A DNA stretch of 63,996 nucleotides, the filler included, from Intoshia linei (Eukaryota; Animalia; Orthonectida): NCBI GenBank assembly GCA_001642005.1. It is 12 parts of 12 records of this genome, joined end to end, with 100 filler letters (N's around TTAATTAATTAA, not from the genome) between each part and the next. Parts side by side here need not be neighbours in the genome. Positions count along the whole stretch, not along the records: positions 37,041 to 41,689 come from LWCA01001894.1; positions 41,790 to 50,488 come from LWCA01001427.1; positions 50,589 to 53,212 come from LWCA01002264.1; positions 53,313 to 55,992 come from LWCA01002245.1; 8 more parts are not named here. One strand, written 5' to 3'. Both the position numbers and the translations under genes were made by a program. This document shows positions 41,161 to 54,349 of this stretch, one piece after another. The notes under the pieces are model-generated. The model saw nothing but the letters and a program-made list of their open reading frames with translations. It had not been told where the DNA came from and made no database searches. Numbering within the stretch: the first letter of the stretch is position 1; each line of letters starts with the position of its first letter.

Positions 41161-42952
41161 TGCTAAGACAGTGCCAAAACCAGTTTGGACAATAGGGTGT
41201 CCACTTTTAACACTTTTTGTTAAATTAGAAAAAAGTATATTTTACTGAACATTGGAAATGTAATTTAGAACATAAATATCCAAGACAAAATTCCAAAGTC
41301 CGTAATTTATTCCACCTGAAAATTTTTAAACCTTTTTAAAAAAACTACTTTATTTAAATTTATTAATTAAAATTATTGAATTTAGACAACAGTTTTAACT
41401 TCAATTTTTCATCTGTTCTAACTGTTGATCTTATAATTTCTATTTGGACAAGAGCTCGTTCCGATATTTCGAATGTATAAATTACCTTCATGGGTTTTAA
41501 CTTTACATTCCAATGTCATTTTAGACATTGACTTGCAGTAACATATTTTTTCCATTTAAATAATTCGAAAGTTCACCCCAATCGGCCACTTAGGAATATC
41601 TAATATTAGTAATATTTATTTGACACACATACAATAAAACGCTCCACATATTTATTCAAGTTTTGATAACTTGGGGTCCTTTTTCCGTCNNNNNNNNNNN
41701 NNNNNNNNNNNNNNNNNNNNNNNNNNNNNNNNNTTAATTAATTAANNNNNNNNNNNNNNNNNNNNNNNNNNNNNNNNNNNNNNNNNNNNATTCGTAAAGA
41801 TATAATGATTTATAATAAAGTTACAATAAAAACGACCTAATAGATGATGTTTGTAAGAAGTACATACCAGTCAATCTAGTATTATAATACGTTAATTTTT
41901 ATTTTCAATTATTTGGTTAAATCTTTATTTTGGGAATTTATGATTTATGAATCATAAAGTGTGAGTCATAGTATCAGACGAACTGGTACCAAAAAATAAA
42001 ACTACTAGATTTGCAATGTTCCATGAGTTTTTAGAAAATCAATATTGTACAAAAATATAAAATGGAACCTAACATTAAATGGTTGGATTTTTGAAATCGT
42101 CGATATTACTGTCATGAATTCCAAGGGGTATTGATCCCCAATTCAATGAAACCAAAACATTCCTAGTGGATAACAGTAATGTCTTAATTGAAAATCCAAT
42201 TTAAATTCACTTTATAGAGATGCGAACCTGGATAGGTAATGAATGATATTAGAAATAGGTAACTTTATATTTGTTTACATTAGTTCTGAATATATCATTC
42301 GGTGCTGTTAGGTTCCATAATATTTACAACAAATTTCTATTTGAAATACAATGTAATTAACAAATTTTTGTAATGGTTTCGATTAATTATTTATTTACAT
42401 TGTTAATGCATTGATTGAAAAACCAATCTGATTGCCAAAATTAATAATTTTTAAAAATAAGTTTTTGAGTTTCAAAACTGAACTTGAACACACTAGTTGA
42501 GAGTCACATTGGCGAACTACCAGAAAAATTATCTCCGAGAATACTGTACTTTTACAATAAACTTGTTTTCATTGGTCACTAATGTTAATAAACTTCAAGA
42601 AAAGTTGATATATTTACAAAAAATTACTATTAAACTGATTCTATAAAATAAAAAGTCATAAAGATGTCAAATCCAATAATTCAGACTACATTTAATATAG
42701 GATATGATGTAAGTTTTATTTAATACAGCATTTTCCAATGTGGATACTTGATAAAATGACACAAAAGGGTTTGTGAAACATACATGAATCTATGTTTTAT
42801 TATATTAAAAAACAAGCAAATACACATAATTTCGAATTTATAACATTTTTTATGCCCAATAAAAAATGTTCGATTTTATTCAAATTTAGGTTTGAGATTT
42901 CGAATAATTTTATATCAATTACTTATGAAACCTATACTAATTAAACTTTTAG

Positions 42953-44067
42953 CAATTCCATGTTAGTAAATGTGGAAATGATGGTCCAACAATTTTTTTT
43001 GTACATGGAGCAGGATTTTGCGCTGATACTTGGACCATATTGATGGTAAATTACTTGTATATATTAACTTGATAAAATGTAATAATATACTTAGAATATG
43101 TTAATCAAACAACTTAAAGTTCAATGCTACGCTATTGATCTTAGGGGTCACGGAAGATCTAAATGCTCCGATGAAAAAGACATGTCACTTGACGTCATTA
43201 GCGAGTAACGATTTTTTTCATTTACAATTTGATTAGTGACGTTTTAAATGTGATAAAACAAGTGCGAGCCAAAAAATTAATACTTGTGGGTCATAGGTGA
43301 ATTGTTGTAAACCTGAATTCATATTAAATTTAGTCTTGGCGGTGCAATTGTATCTAAATTGGCCTCCCAATTAGATAACGTCATTGGGTTAATTATAATT
43401 GACATTGTAGAAGGACATGCTTTAAAAGTTTTATCTTCTATGCAAAGTACAATAGATAATACACCAAAACATTTCAATTCTCTTGATTCAGCCATAAATT
43501 GGATGTATATTTTTTGTAAATTCAACCCAATTTTAGGGTCAAGAGTGGACGAGTACGCAATATTGATTCAGCCAAACTTTCAACCAAAAATTTGTTTATA
43601 GAGTAATGTTCATATTTAATTTATTAATTGAACATGTTAAAATTAGAGTAAACGGTAAATTTTTATGGAGAACAAATTTGTCAATGACTAGTGATTATTG
43701 GAAAGGTAAATTTTTACTTTTTCCACGTTTCAACTACAATTATTTTAATTTCTAGGATGGTTTACTGGACTAGCAAACAACTTTTTGAATTCAAAATCAG
43801 CAAAACTATTAATTTTATCAGGTTTATAAGGCTATTTAAGTAAAGCACACCAATTAATTTAGAAATTGATAGACTTGACAAAGCGTTTACTATTGCTCAA
43901 ATGCAAGGTTTAATATCATTATTGTATAATAAAAAATGATAATAATAGGTAAATTCGAACTAAAAATGATTCAAAATTGTGGACATGCTATTCAAGAAGA
44001 CCAACCTGATAAAGTATACGAGACAATAAAACATTTTTTAATTCGTAATAAATTTATAAAAGCTTGA
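42953..44067 (+). CDS. PPME1: Protein phosphatase methylesterase 1 (alpha/beta hydrolase), at least 9 exons; true start probably upstream (candidate ATG 42663)
   Basis: FFVHGAG, AIDLRGHG, GHSLGG nucleophile, IIDIVEG, VKSGRVRNIDSA, WRTNL..YWKGWFTGL, DRLDKAFTIAQMQGKF, CGHAIQED. Confidence 0.92.
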
Positions 44068-44074
44068 TTCAATT

Positions 44075-46215
44075 TCATATATCGTACATTTCGTATATAC
44101 CTTCGATTTCAGGGTTTAAATTAAACAAATAATCGTCTTCGCGAAGTGCAGGAGTCAGTAAAATTGATTCACTAGATTTGTAATCGTATCGAACGTTTAA
44201 TGTGGACGGTTCGTTTTGTGTATTTTTTAGTAGGTTTACGTCAATTGGAGTTTTATTGCTACTATACAAATTTAATCGCCAGTTGCTCTTTTCATCTGAA
44301 CATGGCTAGTAAATATAATTATTCAGTTTAAAATTTGTTTACCTCTTTATATTTACATTTTAGGTGACTATTGGAACAAGTTTTTATAGTTAAAACAGTT
44401 TTATCGTAGTATAATTTATTCAATTCATTATATGTTATATAAGATAATCTAAAATGGCCAATTAACAAATGGTTTCAGGTTTGTTAAATCACAAGATATA
44501 TACATAGAATTGATATTTTTTAGAAATTGTATAATTAATATTATCAATTATAAAAATATAGGTTTTGTTTGTTTAAAAATTTTTTTTTGAACAGAGTATA
44601 TCAATTTCTCATGTTTAAATTTTTAATCTTACTTACATAAGGTAATTTAGTCCAAAATGTACGTCTCTAATCCTCTAAAAAATTAAGAAGCGTAGAGTTT
44701 AAAAACAACAATTATAATTATGGATCCATTTTTGAAATAATAAACATTATTAAAGATCTGACTACATTAATGAAATAAAACTACAATTTGTACTATTAAA
44801 TAAATAATTAAAGCCGAATGAATAATATTCTCTATTATTAAAAAATAAAATTATTTTGACATTTTTTAGGAAACTTAGAAACACGCATCTTTCATGGTTA
44901 AAACCCCAAACGCCACTTTTTTTTTAATTAAAAGAGTACTATAATTTAAAAAATTGTAAATTCTGATACAGATTTTAAAATCCAGCAGTATCATAAATTT
45001 ATTAATTTAACTTTATTTTCAGATTTTTTAAAAAACTATTGGTGGATTAGATATACAGTCTAAGTCCTTATTATCCTCACCATTATCCAGGACGTTTATT
45101 ACTTTGAGAAGCACTGATTTAGTTACTGCTTCTTAAATTTTCGAAGACAAATTACAACCACCAATCACATCAATCAAAATTACATAATTTACCTTTTGTT
45201 GGATTCTTCTTCGTATACATTGCGTAAACTTTGACTTACGTCATTCTCTAATTTTTCCAAGTATAGTTCAGTTTCTTCTAAATTTTGTATATCCTTCCTA
45301 AGTTTTGTTGTCCTATTTACATGGCTAATTTTATTATCCACTTCATTTTCATAATTGGTGGTTCTACCTCTAAATTTTCATATTACATACATAGTAAAAT
45401 AGAATATGATCCACCAATCTTTTGAGTGGCGGGTAGGGCAAGCTCCAAATTAAAAAAAACAAATGCATATTAAAACTCAATTTGTCTCAATAATATAATA
45501 ATAGGAATGAAAATTTAAAAAAATTAAATATCCCGGCAAATTCAATCAATAACCAAATCCGGAAAGCGCATCATACGTTGTTGACTAATGATATATAAGA
45601 GAAAAAATATTAAACCCAGAAATTCAATAAAAAAAATGAAGGTTCAAGTTTTCGGTACATTTCGGATCAGTGAGAAATCTCAGCAGGCACACTTAAATAA
45701 ATAGTATCGACAATAATATTTACTTCCATCGAATTATACTTTTTGAACATTTTTCAATAAGACCAATTCCCTCCAACACATTAGTGATATCATAAATGCG
45801 ACGTTTTTGGCGAACTTGTAATACATTAACAGCCTAAATAATAAAAAAATCATAATCAACAAATAAAGTTAGTTTTTTTCAATGTTTCACGCTTTGTAAC
45901 TACATTTGTATCTGGAATTCTCAAAAAGAAAAGCCACTTATTTATAGTGAAATTATATATTTGAGTATATTGAATTTTGAAACAATTTAGACATTACTAA
46001 TAAAATTTCAATTAACAAATAAATAAAACAAAAATAACACTAAATTTATTTCAATCAAATGAATTAAAAAATACCACTTTAAGATCGACCATTCCATCTT
46101 TCGAATTTTTGAGTAATTGAACAAATTTTATAGTCAAAAGACCCAAACTTTTTTCAGTTCGCTTTGATACAGACAAATCGACAGGTAAAATATTACCTTC
46201 ATTTTCTTGGTTCAT
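44075..46215 (-). CDS. E2F4: E2F4/5-type transcription factor
   Basis: [41 protein letters not shown], coiled-coil exon, C-terminal pocket-protein motif [14 protein letters not shown]; marked-box exons only approximately placed. Confidence 0.9.
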
Positions 46216-46484
46216 TTTCCAAAATTTAAATATTGCAACAATTTTAAATTGGCAAGTTTATTTTTATTACGTTAATCTTGCCATGACTTGCAAAATTGGT
46301 GATATAATAAAGTTTATAACAGGTGTAATTATTAAAATTTTCGATGTATTTTTTTAATAAAATTTAAATAGTTAAATTTATGGTATTACCCAATTTAATC
46401 AATTTTGGGTCATGTTGAATTAAAAAAACGATATACAATTGCTTGAATTGCAATAATAATAAATCTGATTTAAAGTTTATTGAA

Positions 46485-48745
46485 ATGATTAAAGTACGTT
46501 TAGTAAATTTACTTAAAAATGAAAAATCGTTTGTTTCATATGATAAAGCTTTGAACTTGATGAAATATTTCAGAAATTTACACATGCATCAAAAAAATAC
46601 CATACCAGAAATACTTGACAATCAAAACTATGTTATTGATGAAAATTTAAAAGATACATTAATTGTTTGTCAACATCAACCTTTGTACACTATTGGAATA
46701 CGGAAAAAATCTGATGCAGATTTTTATATCAATGAAAATTTCATTTCACGGCTTGAAACTCTTGGTGCTAAATTTTACCAGTGTGATCGAGGGGGATTAA
46801 TCACGTATCTTTATCGTTTAATCTTCTTAGAGTAAAATTTTATTATTATTAGATTTCACGGACCAGGACAAATTATGCTCTATCCAATTTTAAATTTGGA
46901 TAATTTTAACATGAGAACACGAACCTATGTTAAAACACTAGAAAATGTTGGACGTTCTCTGTTTAAGCATTACAATATTATGTGTTGTGATGATAAAGAA
47001 ATTGGTGTTTGGGTAGGAAACAAGAAAATTTCAGCTATCGGTATGTCTATTCAAAATTGATAAAGATAAAAAATTGCTAAAATTTTCCCAAAAAATAAAC
47101 GGGGTTTATCATTTGTTTGGTATCGTTTTTTGGATTAGTTTACTATTTCTGGTGATTAGTAAATTTTACATTGAATCAAAATCATTGATATTTTTTTTAC
47201 ATTTTAATAAATAAATTTTATAATTGTAGGAGTCAATTCACAAAACCGGATTGTTACTCATGGTATGTGTATCAATTGCAATGTAAATTTAAAGGTATTT
47301 TTTTAAAACTAATAATACATTGAGTGAAACGTGTACATTTCTAAAGTGTGAACTATTAAACTGAATTTTTATTGTCATAGATCAGACGTACCCAAGGGGC
47401 ATCATGTTACACGAATTTTGAAACCAGAAATCAATCAAAATTATAAATAATTTTTTCCTTAATTATATCGATTTATTATAATTATGAAGTAGTTACAATC
47501 TTTTGACCGCTGAAAGCTCTCTATAGAGTGCGAATTGTGCATTCTTCAATATAAAATTATGTGGACCGGTGTAGGAAACACTGTTAACTTAACTAAATTT
47601 GTCTCCTTTTTGTCAAAAATTTAAAAACCATCAAATCAAATTAAATTCATCATTAACGCTTTAAGACTCGAGAACTGCAGATGCAGTTTGGAATGTAAAC
47701 TTCAAATTGTGGCATCATAAAAAATATATTTAAAAAAAAAAATGTTAACATATCTGAATTTTTAAAATAAATTATATTTTAAATATTTTTCAATAAACAA
47801 ACCAAAATTGATAAACTGATTGTGAAAGTTTTAATAAATAGTACAAGTTATCAATAGTTTTTATCGCCACCGTCATATTATCCCAGGATCATAAAAAAGT
47901 TTATTCACCTATTTTATTGACTTATTTGATAAGAAATTATACGATTTACTGGTACATGCCAAAAAAACTTCGACACTTTGATATATAATTATTATAATAG
48001 ACTATTAAAATTTATAATATCTCATAATTTTTTATGTTCGCGGCGCACTAAAAAATAAATAAAAAAATTTCGGCGCATTATATTGTAATTATGTCGTATA
48101 GAACAGTGGTTCCCAAAAAAATATATTGTCGACCCCCCTAACAGTATACAAATTATTATTGAAGCATATTTTTAGAGAATTTCAAGAATCTGATATGATT
48201 ATATTAATGTTAAAAATTCTAGTTTAATTTTAAAATTTTTCTCAAATCTGCGGCCCCTCAGACGCTGAAGGCCCCTGGTGGGGCCAAACCCCCAATTTGA
48301 GAACCACTAGTATAGGATGTAAAACTGAAATGTACACATTCTATGGGATATACAAGTCGTAGAATATATATTTTCATTTATATTTTAATTTTGTGTTTTA
48401 GAAATTTTTTTTAACCAAATTTTAAAGGGGGTTTTTAGGAATTTGTTTTGAACATTGGAACTTCCAAGGTGGTTTTTAAGGTTGGTTCAAAAAAAATATC
48501 CTAAAGACTCCCCTTCAAATTTGGTTCAAAAAAATTTCTAAAAAAACCACTCTTAAAGTTTGGTTCATTTAATCATGTATTTTTAGTGGTTTTCTCATAT
48601 CGTTCCCTGCGGACTTAAAGAAAGATCAACTACATCTATATCAAACCAAATTAACCGAAATGTAAATGTTATCGATCCAATCCCTAAACTATTCGAAAGC
48701 TTTAAGGAAATATTCAAAGTGAAATTTGACAATGAATACAATTAA
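46485..48745 (+). CDS. LIPT2: Octanoyltransferase LIPT2 (LipB); exons 46485-46804, 46853-47040, 47230-47294, 48587-48745
   Basis: CQHQPLYTIG, DRGGLITFHGPGQ, GVWVGNKKISAIG, THGMCIN, FSHIVPCG. Confidence 0.93.
48104..48309. mobile_element. hAT-type MITE nested in a copy of the inverted-repeat element seen at 9165-9470
   Basis: CAGTGGTTCCCAAA / TTTGAGAACCACTA; TSD GTATAGAA/GTATAGGA. Confidence 0.75.
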
Positions 48746-48810
48746 CATAAATATATATTTACTTTTTATTTACAATTTAATCTTGCATAATAGCCTAAAA
48801 ATTTATGAAA

Positions 48811-49731
48811 TTAAAATTGAATGAGATAAACCTCTTCCTCGAGTAAGTTGATTGATTGGTTTGAATCTTTCCTAACAATACCTTTGGACATTGGGGTGGA
48901 AGTGGTCATATCGTGATTAAAACTTGAATATTGTCTTATGGGTTTAGGATTCAGGTAGCTGGATTTGTAAGTTTCTGAAATAAATTAATAATAAGTAAAT
49001 AAAATTAATGTACCGTTTTCCATTTTCCAATCATCGCTATCCATACTATTAAGTAGTATATCATTACGGGGGCTGCACATGCGATAATTTGAAAATACAG
49101 AAGTGTTATTACCCATATTGGAATTGTATCTACTTGTCAATTTTACAGGACAATTTAATACGAGTGAAGTGTTTCTAACTATATAAATCAGGTATATCAT
49201 ATAAATTGAAAACTTACAATTTACAGCATTGCTAGCAATGGTTTCAGCAGCTAATGGAAAAGGAGAATTGATTTCATTGTGTATGGTATCGACTTTGTTT
49301 CTATTTAATGAATTAAAGGATTGGTTCATATTGATGTTATTTATGTTGAGATTGAGACTACTCGAACAACTTTCATTGTAATACTTAGTATGTGTGCAAT
49401 CCCTGGAACAATTGACACCGTTATTGGTAGATTGGTTCATGTTTTTGTTGTAGCATTGATATTCTTCACCTGTGTAGCGTCTCTGATGGTTATATATTTT
49501 ATCTTGGTTTTGAGTTGATATATTGAATGGTTTTTTATCGTAAATCTAGGTTAAATTAAGTTTATGAATAATTGTAATCAACATGTTTGTCGTTTCGAGG
49601 GTTAACAGATGTACTACTTGTATAGTTTTCCTGGTTTGTTTTTAAATTTCGTTTTTCGGGAAATATTTTGTAGTATTTTTTTAAATCCAATTCTTCCATC
49701 GATTTGTTATATTTGTAAACATTAACGGATG
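48811..49731 (-). CDS. 3' exons of a hypothetical Asn/Ser-rich protein ending LLEEEVYLIQF
   Basis: Four phase-compatible exons separated by ~35-40-nt GT-AG introns; 5' part lies beyond the hAT insertion and gap. Confidence 0.6.
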
Positions 49732-49978
49732 CTATATTATTTATTAGTACAAATTAAATAAGATTTTAAAATTTAATATAAAGGTGTCAACCCTTATATT
49801 TATAATGGCTAAGGTTAATGATATAATTATTAGATTAATTTTATTTAAATCAAAGGTGGATTATATACTAAACTATAAAATTAGACTTACAGTTTAAATA
49901 AAAGTTCAACGTAGTCATTTACAAAACGTTTACATTGGATGTAAAAAAATCATGTCAAAATTCATTGAAAGAACGTAA

Positions 49979-50488
49979 CAGTGGCAACTCTGAAATCAAA
50001 ACATTACTCGTGCTCCACACAGTACCATAAAAACGAAACATAAACTTAATATCACTATAATTAATTAACTTTAAATTAAATTTTATTATGTATAACTATT
50101 ATTTATATATATATTCTAAAAAAACGTGGTTTAATGGCAAACTCATCAAGAATCCGAAAATGTAGTTCTCCATTAATCTCCATTTCTTTTAACAATTCCT
50201 TTTCAATAGATATTCTGGCCATACTGGAGAGTCTATCTTGCACCATTGTACACCTCAGATATGATCTAATTCTATTGAGCGTCGAAAAACTTCTTTCATT
50301 AGAAACCGAAGTTATAGGGATAGTGAGTAATAATTCCGTACATTTTACATTCTCTGGCAAGACATTTAATAGATAATCTATATATATTTCAATAATTACT
50401 GAATTGAAGTACCATTTCTTAAAATCTTCATCGTCGTATATATATTTTAATTCGCTAGTTAAAGATGATATATCAAAAATATCAGGAT
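49979..50488 (-). mobile_element. hAT transposon 3' end (dimerisation domain)
   Basis: LLLTIPITSVSNERSFSTLNRIRSYLRCTM; terminus CAGTGGCAACTC; close copy at 58612-59424. Confidence 0.9.
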
Positions 50489-50900
50489 NNNNNNNNNNNN
50501 NNNNNNNNNNNNNNNNNNNNNNNNNNNNNNNNTTAATTAATTAANNNNNNNNNNNNNNNNNNNNNNNNNNNNNNNNNNNNNNNNNNNNAATTTTTAAATT
50601 TCAAATTCTCATTTTCAAAATATTTTGAATACAAATTTAAATGGAAACTAAACAACGAAACTAAAACAACTTTGTTAATATTATTTTTATATTTATTACA
50701 ATCATTTGCAATATTGTTAAAATTCGAAATTATTATTTTGGTATTAAGGATCTGTTATGCATCGATAATGGTTCAGCACCTCATTTGTACCTTTTAATAA
50801 ATCGCAATTATTATATCTGAGAAAAATTACTATAATTAAAATTTATTTAAAATTAATTAGAAATTAATTTTGAAAGCTTAAATTCATAACATGTACTCAA

Positions 50901-51829
50901 ATTACAATTTTCGTGATTGACAAACAAATTTGTGTTTAGAACTGCATGTACCTACAGCTAAAGAAATGGAAACATTTGTGGAATCTTTGAGCAACAGACA
51001 TAATCTGGAAGATAGCCTTGAATGGTCAACTCTATTGGACGTTAAATTGTAGGGACTGGTGTAAATTTTTAAATTGTGGGTTGCTTTGCTAATTCGATTA
51101 TTACTATTCCAATACCAAATTCTTTTTACAGGTGAATAAAATCCTGCCGTCCAAGCAGTTTCTAAATTATTGAAATTATTTCTACAATAAAAACATCAAT
51201 GTGTAAAATATTAATAAATATATTAAAGCCTGCCGCAATTACGACAAAACATTTTTTAAGTCAAGTTTACCTTTTTTAGTATTTAATCTTTTTAAAACCG
51301 TTTCATCCCTACTGGAATTGATAATTGCTAAATCTGAATCCAAATTGCGACAATAATCAATAGCTTCATACCATGTAGCTGTAAACGTAGAAAACCGATA
51401 ACAATATTCTAAATGCTTATAACTATTTAAAGGTTGTTCAAATTGATCTGGACAATATTTTGTCGTAATTTTAAAAGATTCGGATTTTCTTCTTTTGGTA
51501 TTTACGTTTTTATTTAATAAATTTTTGACTTTATATTTCGGTGGATTGAGAGTTGTGATATTTACGAAATTGTTTGGTGTTTTTTTGTTGTACAATAGTG
51601 TTTTTTTAACTAAATCAAGATCAAATTGGAGAATATTTGATTTTTTTTTTGAAAAATAAACTGAATATTCTTTCTTTTTTTCAATTTGATTCAATTCTTT
51701 TTCTATATTCTTAATTTCTTGCAAAGTACGTTTTGACAAAATGTTTAAAGTGTTGATTATGTCTGATTTGATCAAAAGTAGTTTTCGTGGTATGTAATAT
51801 TTGAGTAACAGTGTCTGTCGAGTTTCGTC
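50901..51829 (-). CDS. Coiled-coil plus C-type-lectin-like domain protein; 5' end unresolved
   Basis: CPDQF..YCYRF...TWYEAIDYC...LAII, AWTAG, WYW, LCLLL, C....FVC; intron after KK at 51270. Confidence 0.75.
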
Positions 51830-52189
51830 TATATTTACATAATTTTAATCGATATTGCATATTAATTTTATTTACATGTACAATTATCATAAAAACTATA
51901 TAGTCAGTTTCATAATTACGTCAACACTAAAAATATTTTTAAATGTTTTGCATGTTTATCAATTTATTAGTGAATGTTATTATAATTTTTAATTTTTATT
52001 TTGTGGTCATGATAGTTATGGATATGGTTAAGATAATAAAAAAATAAATTCAGTTTTTGCTTTATTTTTAAATGAATTGCAATAAAAACAATATACAATT
52101 ATATTTAATTTTGACCAATGAACGATTCAAAAGTATGTCAACACTATCATAAATTTAAAATAATTCATAATTAAATTGATAGATTTCAT

Positions 52190-52640
52190 CTGATTCTTTT
52201 CAAAAACAGATCTAAATCATCAAGAACAAATTTTAATATTAAAATTATACGAAGAAAAAAAATCATTGCGTGAAATTGGCAAACAAGTGAGTCAGCCCTA
52301 AATAACCATTTCTAAACCTTTGAAACGGCTCCGGGAAAATAGAAGTGATAAATAAGTGAGAGAACTGGTCGAAGAAGGTTATTTCATATCCGCTTCGACA
52401 GAAATCCTATTAGATTACACCAAATTCAACCTCAAATGAGTTTATTCTAATGAAAAACTTAATGGACCATAGATGCAAGCAACTGCACAGTTCGTAGGAG
52501 GCTGATTAAAAATGGAATAAAATGTTATACAGTTAGCCAAAGACCCCAGCTTTTTGTGCAAAAAATTTCTAACCGTTTAAACTTCTGCTCCCAACACTGT
52601 AGATGGTCAATGGATGCATTACATTAAGTCATATTCTCTT
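52190..52640 (+). mobile_element. Tc1 transposase N-terminal relic
   Basis: ILKLYEEKKSLREIGKQV HTH, GRRR, TVRR.L..NG, RLNFC; many breaks. Confidence 0.6.
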
Positions 52641-52883
52641 TGTATGTATATTAAAGCTGTTCAAAAAAAAAAATCCATGGTCATACCATATACTTCAAAG
52701 TGTGTAATAACGTATGTGCCTATTAAAAATGATCAATTTTTAAAAAATGTGTGCCCTAAATCAATTTATATGTTCAAAAGTATATATAAAATGTGAGGTT
52801 TATTTTTAAATATTTCAAAGGTAATTAGCGTAACAATTCTATTTACATTCATTTATTTATTCGTTTATAAAAGTTTTATAATA

Positions 52884-53212
52884 ATGAATAAGTTAAGTGA
52901 TTTATCTCGATTGTCAACTGAAATTAATACATTAGAAAGATATGCATTTCTATTTCACACTATTAAGTCGGTTAATGATCGAATTGATTTGATTTCTGAT
53001 GAATTGATACTTTTATGGAAAAAATGTCGAATTAAAACAATTACAAAGAATGCAATAAAGCATAGATTATTACAATTAATAACAAGAAAAAATCAAAACA
53101 TAAAGCATGGCAAACATGAATAATTTATAAAATTATTTGACATTTCTTGTGAACCTAAAATTTTGGACCAGCAATTTTACAATATGCAAAAAGAATCAAA
53201 TTGCAGTATGGG
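52884..53212 (+). mobile_element. Transposase N-terminal fragment (hATm-like)
   Basis: ELILLWKKCRIKTI, downstream LFDIS.. and QFYNMQK..CSMG; homologous to 30.3 kb. Confidence 0.5.
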
Positions 53213-53699
53213 NNNNNNNNNNNNNNNNNNNNNNNNNNNNNNNNNNNNNNNNNNNNTTAATTAATTAANNNNNNNNNNNNNNNNNNNNNNNNNNNNNNNN
53301 NNNNNNNNNNNNTATATGAAACTCATAAAGTAAAATATGTCTGATATGACCATCATAATCATCCAATATTGTTTCTCTAAATACTAATTAAAAATATGTT
53401 TGTCATCGGAAATTACTCTTTCATCGAATACACATTTTTCATATTTCGTAAAAATAAAAAAATAACGCGCTTACAATAAATATTCGATAAAAATATAGTT
53501 ATTTATAATAAAGTTACCATAAAAACGACCTAATAAGTACTACCGATAAGTATTCGATTAATTAGAAAGCTGTAATTATTTCCATGTTATCAAAATTAAA
53601 GTACTCGTAGTATGGATGAATTTAAGTGCATATGCGAAAAATTGTGTATTTAAAAAAGGGGTGCAGAAATATCCGCAAATTTTTTTATAAAACGTTTAT

Positions 53700-54140
53700 A
53701 AAAGAATGCGATGCCTAGAAAACTGCGTACATTTTTAATGCAATTAGGCTGAGGAATATCATTAATTGCAATAGTTTTTCCGGAGACCTGAATTCGTTAA
53801 TGTAAAACCTAAAAAATCAATTGACTTGATTTTACCGATAAAACATGTCTTCGGTTTTAACCTTCTTGTTTAAAAATTTTGAAAACATTTTTTGTGTTCT
53901 TATACCATTGCTGAAACTACGATCAAGTCGTCCATATAAGCAGCGACGTAAGGTACAAGTTCAAATAATTTATCAACCAACCTTTGACAGGTTGCCGGCT
54001 ATTTGTTACTCCGAATGGCATTTGCCTGAACTGATATAATCTACCGCATGGACCGGAAGCGAAATCAGTTTTCTTTTTATTCTCAAATTTTATTTTAATT
54101 TGTCAAAATCCCGATCTGAGGTTCTAAAACCGAAAATATT
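53700..54140 (-). mobile_element. Gypsy reverse-transcriptase fragment (second element)
   Basis: RSGF*QI, LYQFRQMPFGVTN, TCQRLVD, AAYMDDLIV, IDFLGF; not in the ORF track on this strand. Confidence 0.8.
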
Positions 54141-54349
54141 TTCTTACAGTTAAATCGCAACAGAATATTATTAATTCTAGGAGTAGGGTACGAGTCTTTT
54201 ACCTACGAAGCGTTATATATACTATATATTATAAATAATATATGGTCGCATAGACATATATTTTATGAATAGACATACAACACACACATGTATATACTAT
54301 TTTGTAAATTCTTTTCACTCTTTCAGGAATTTTATTACGCAAATAAGGC

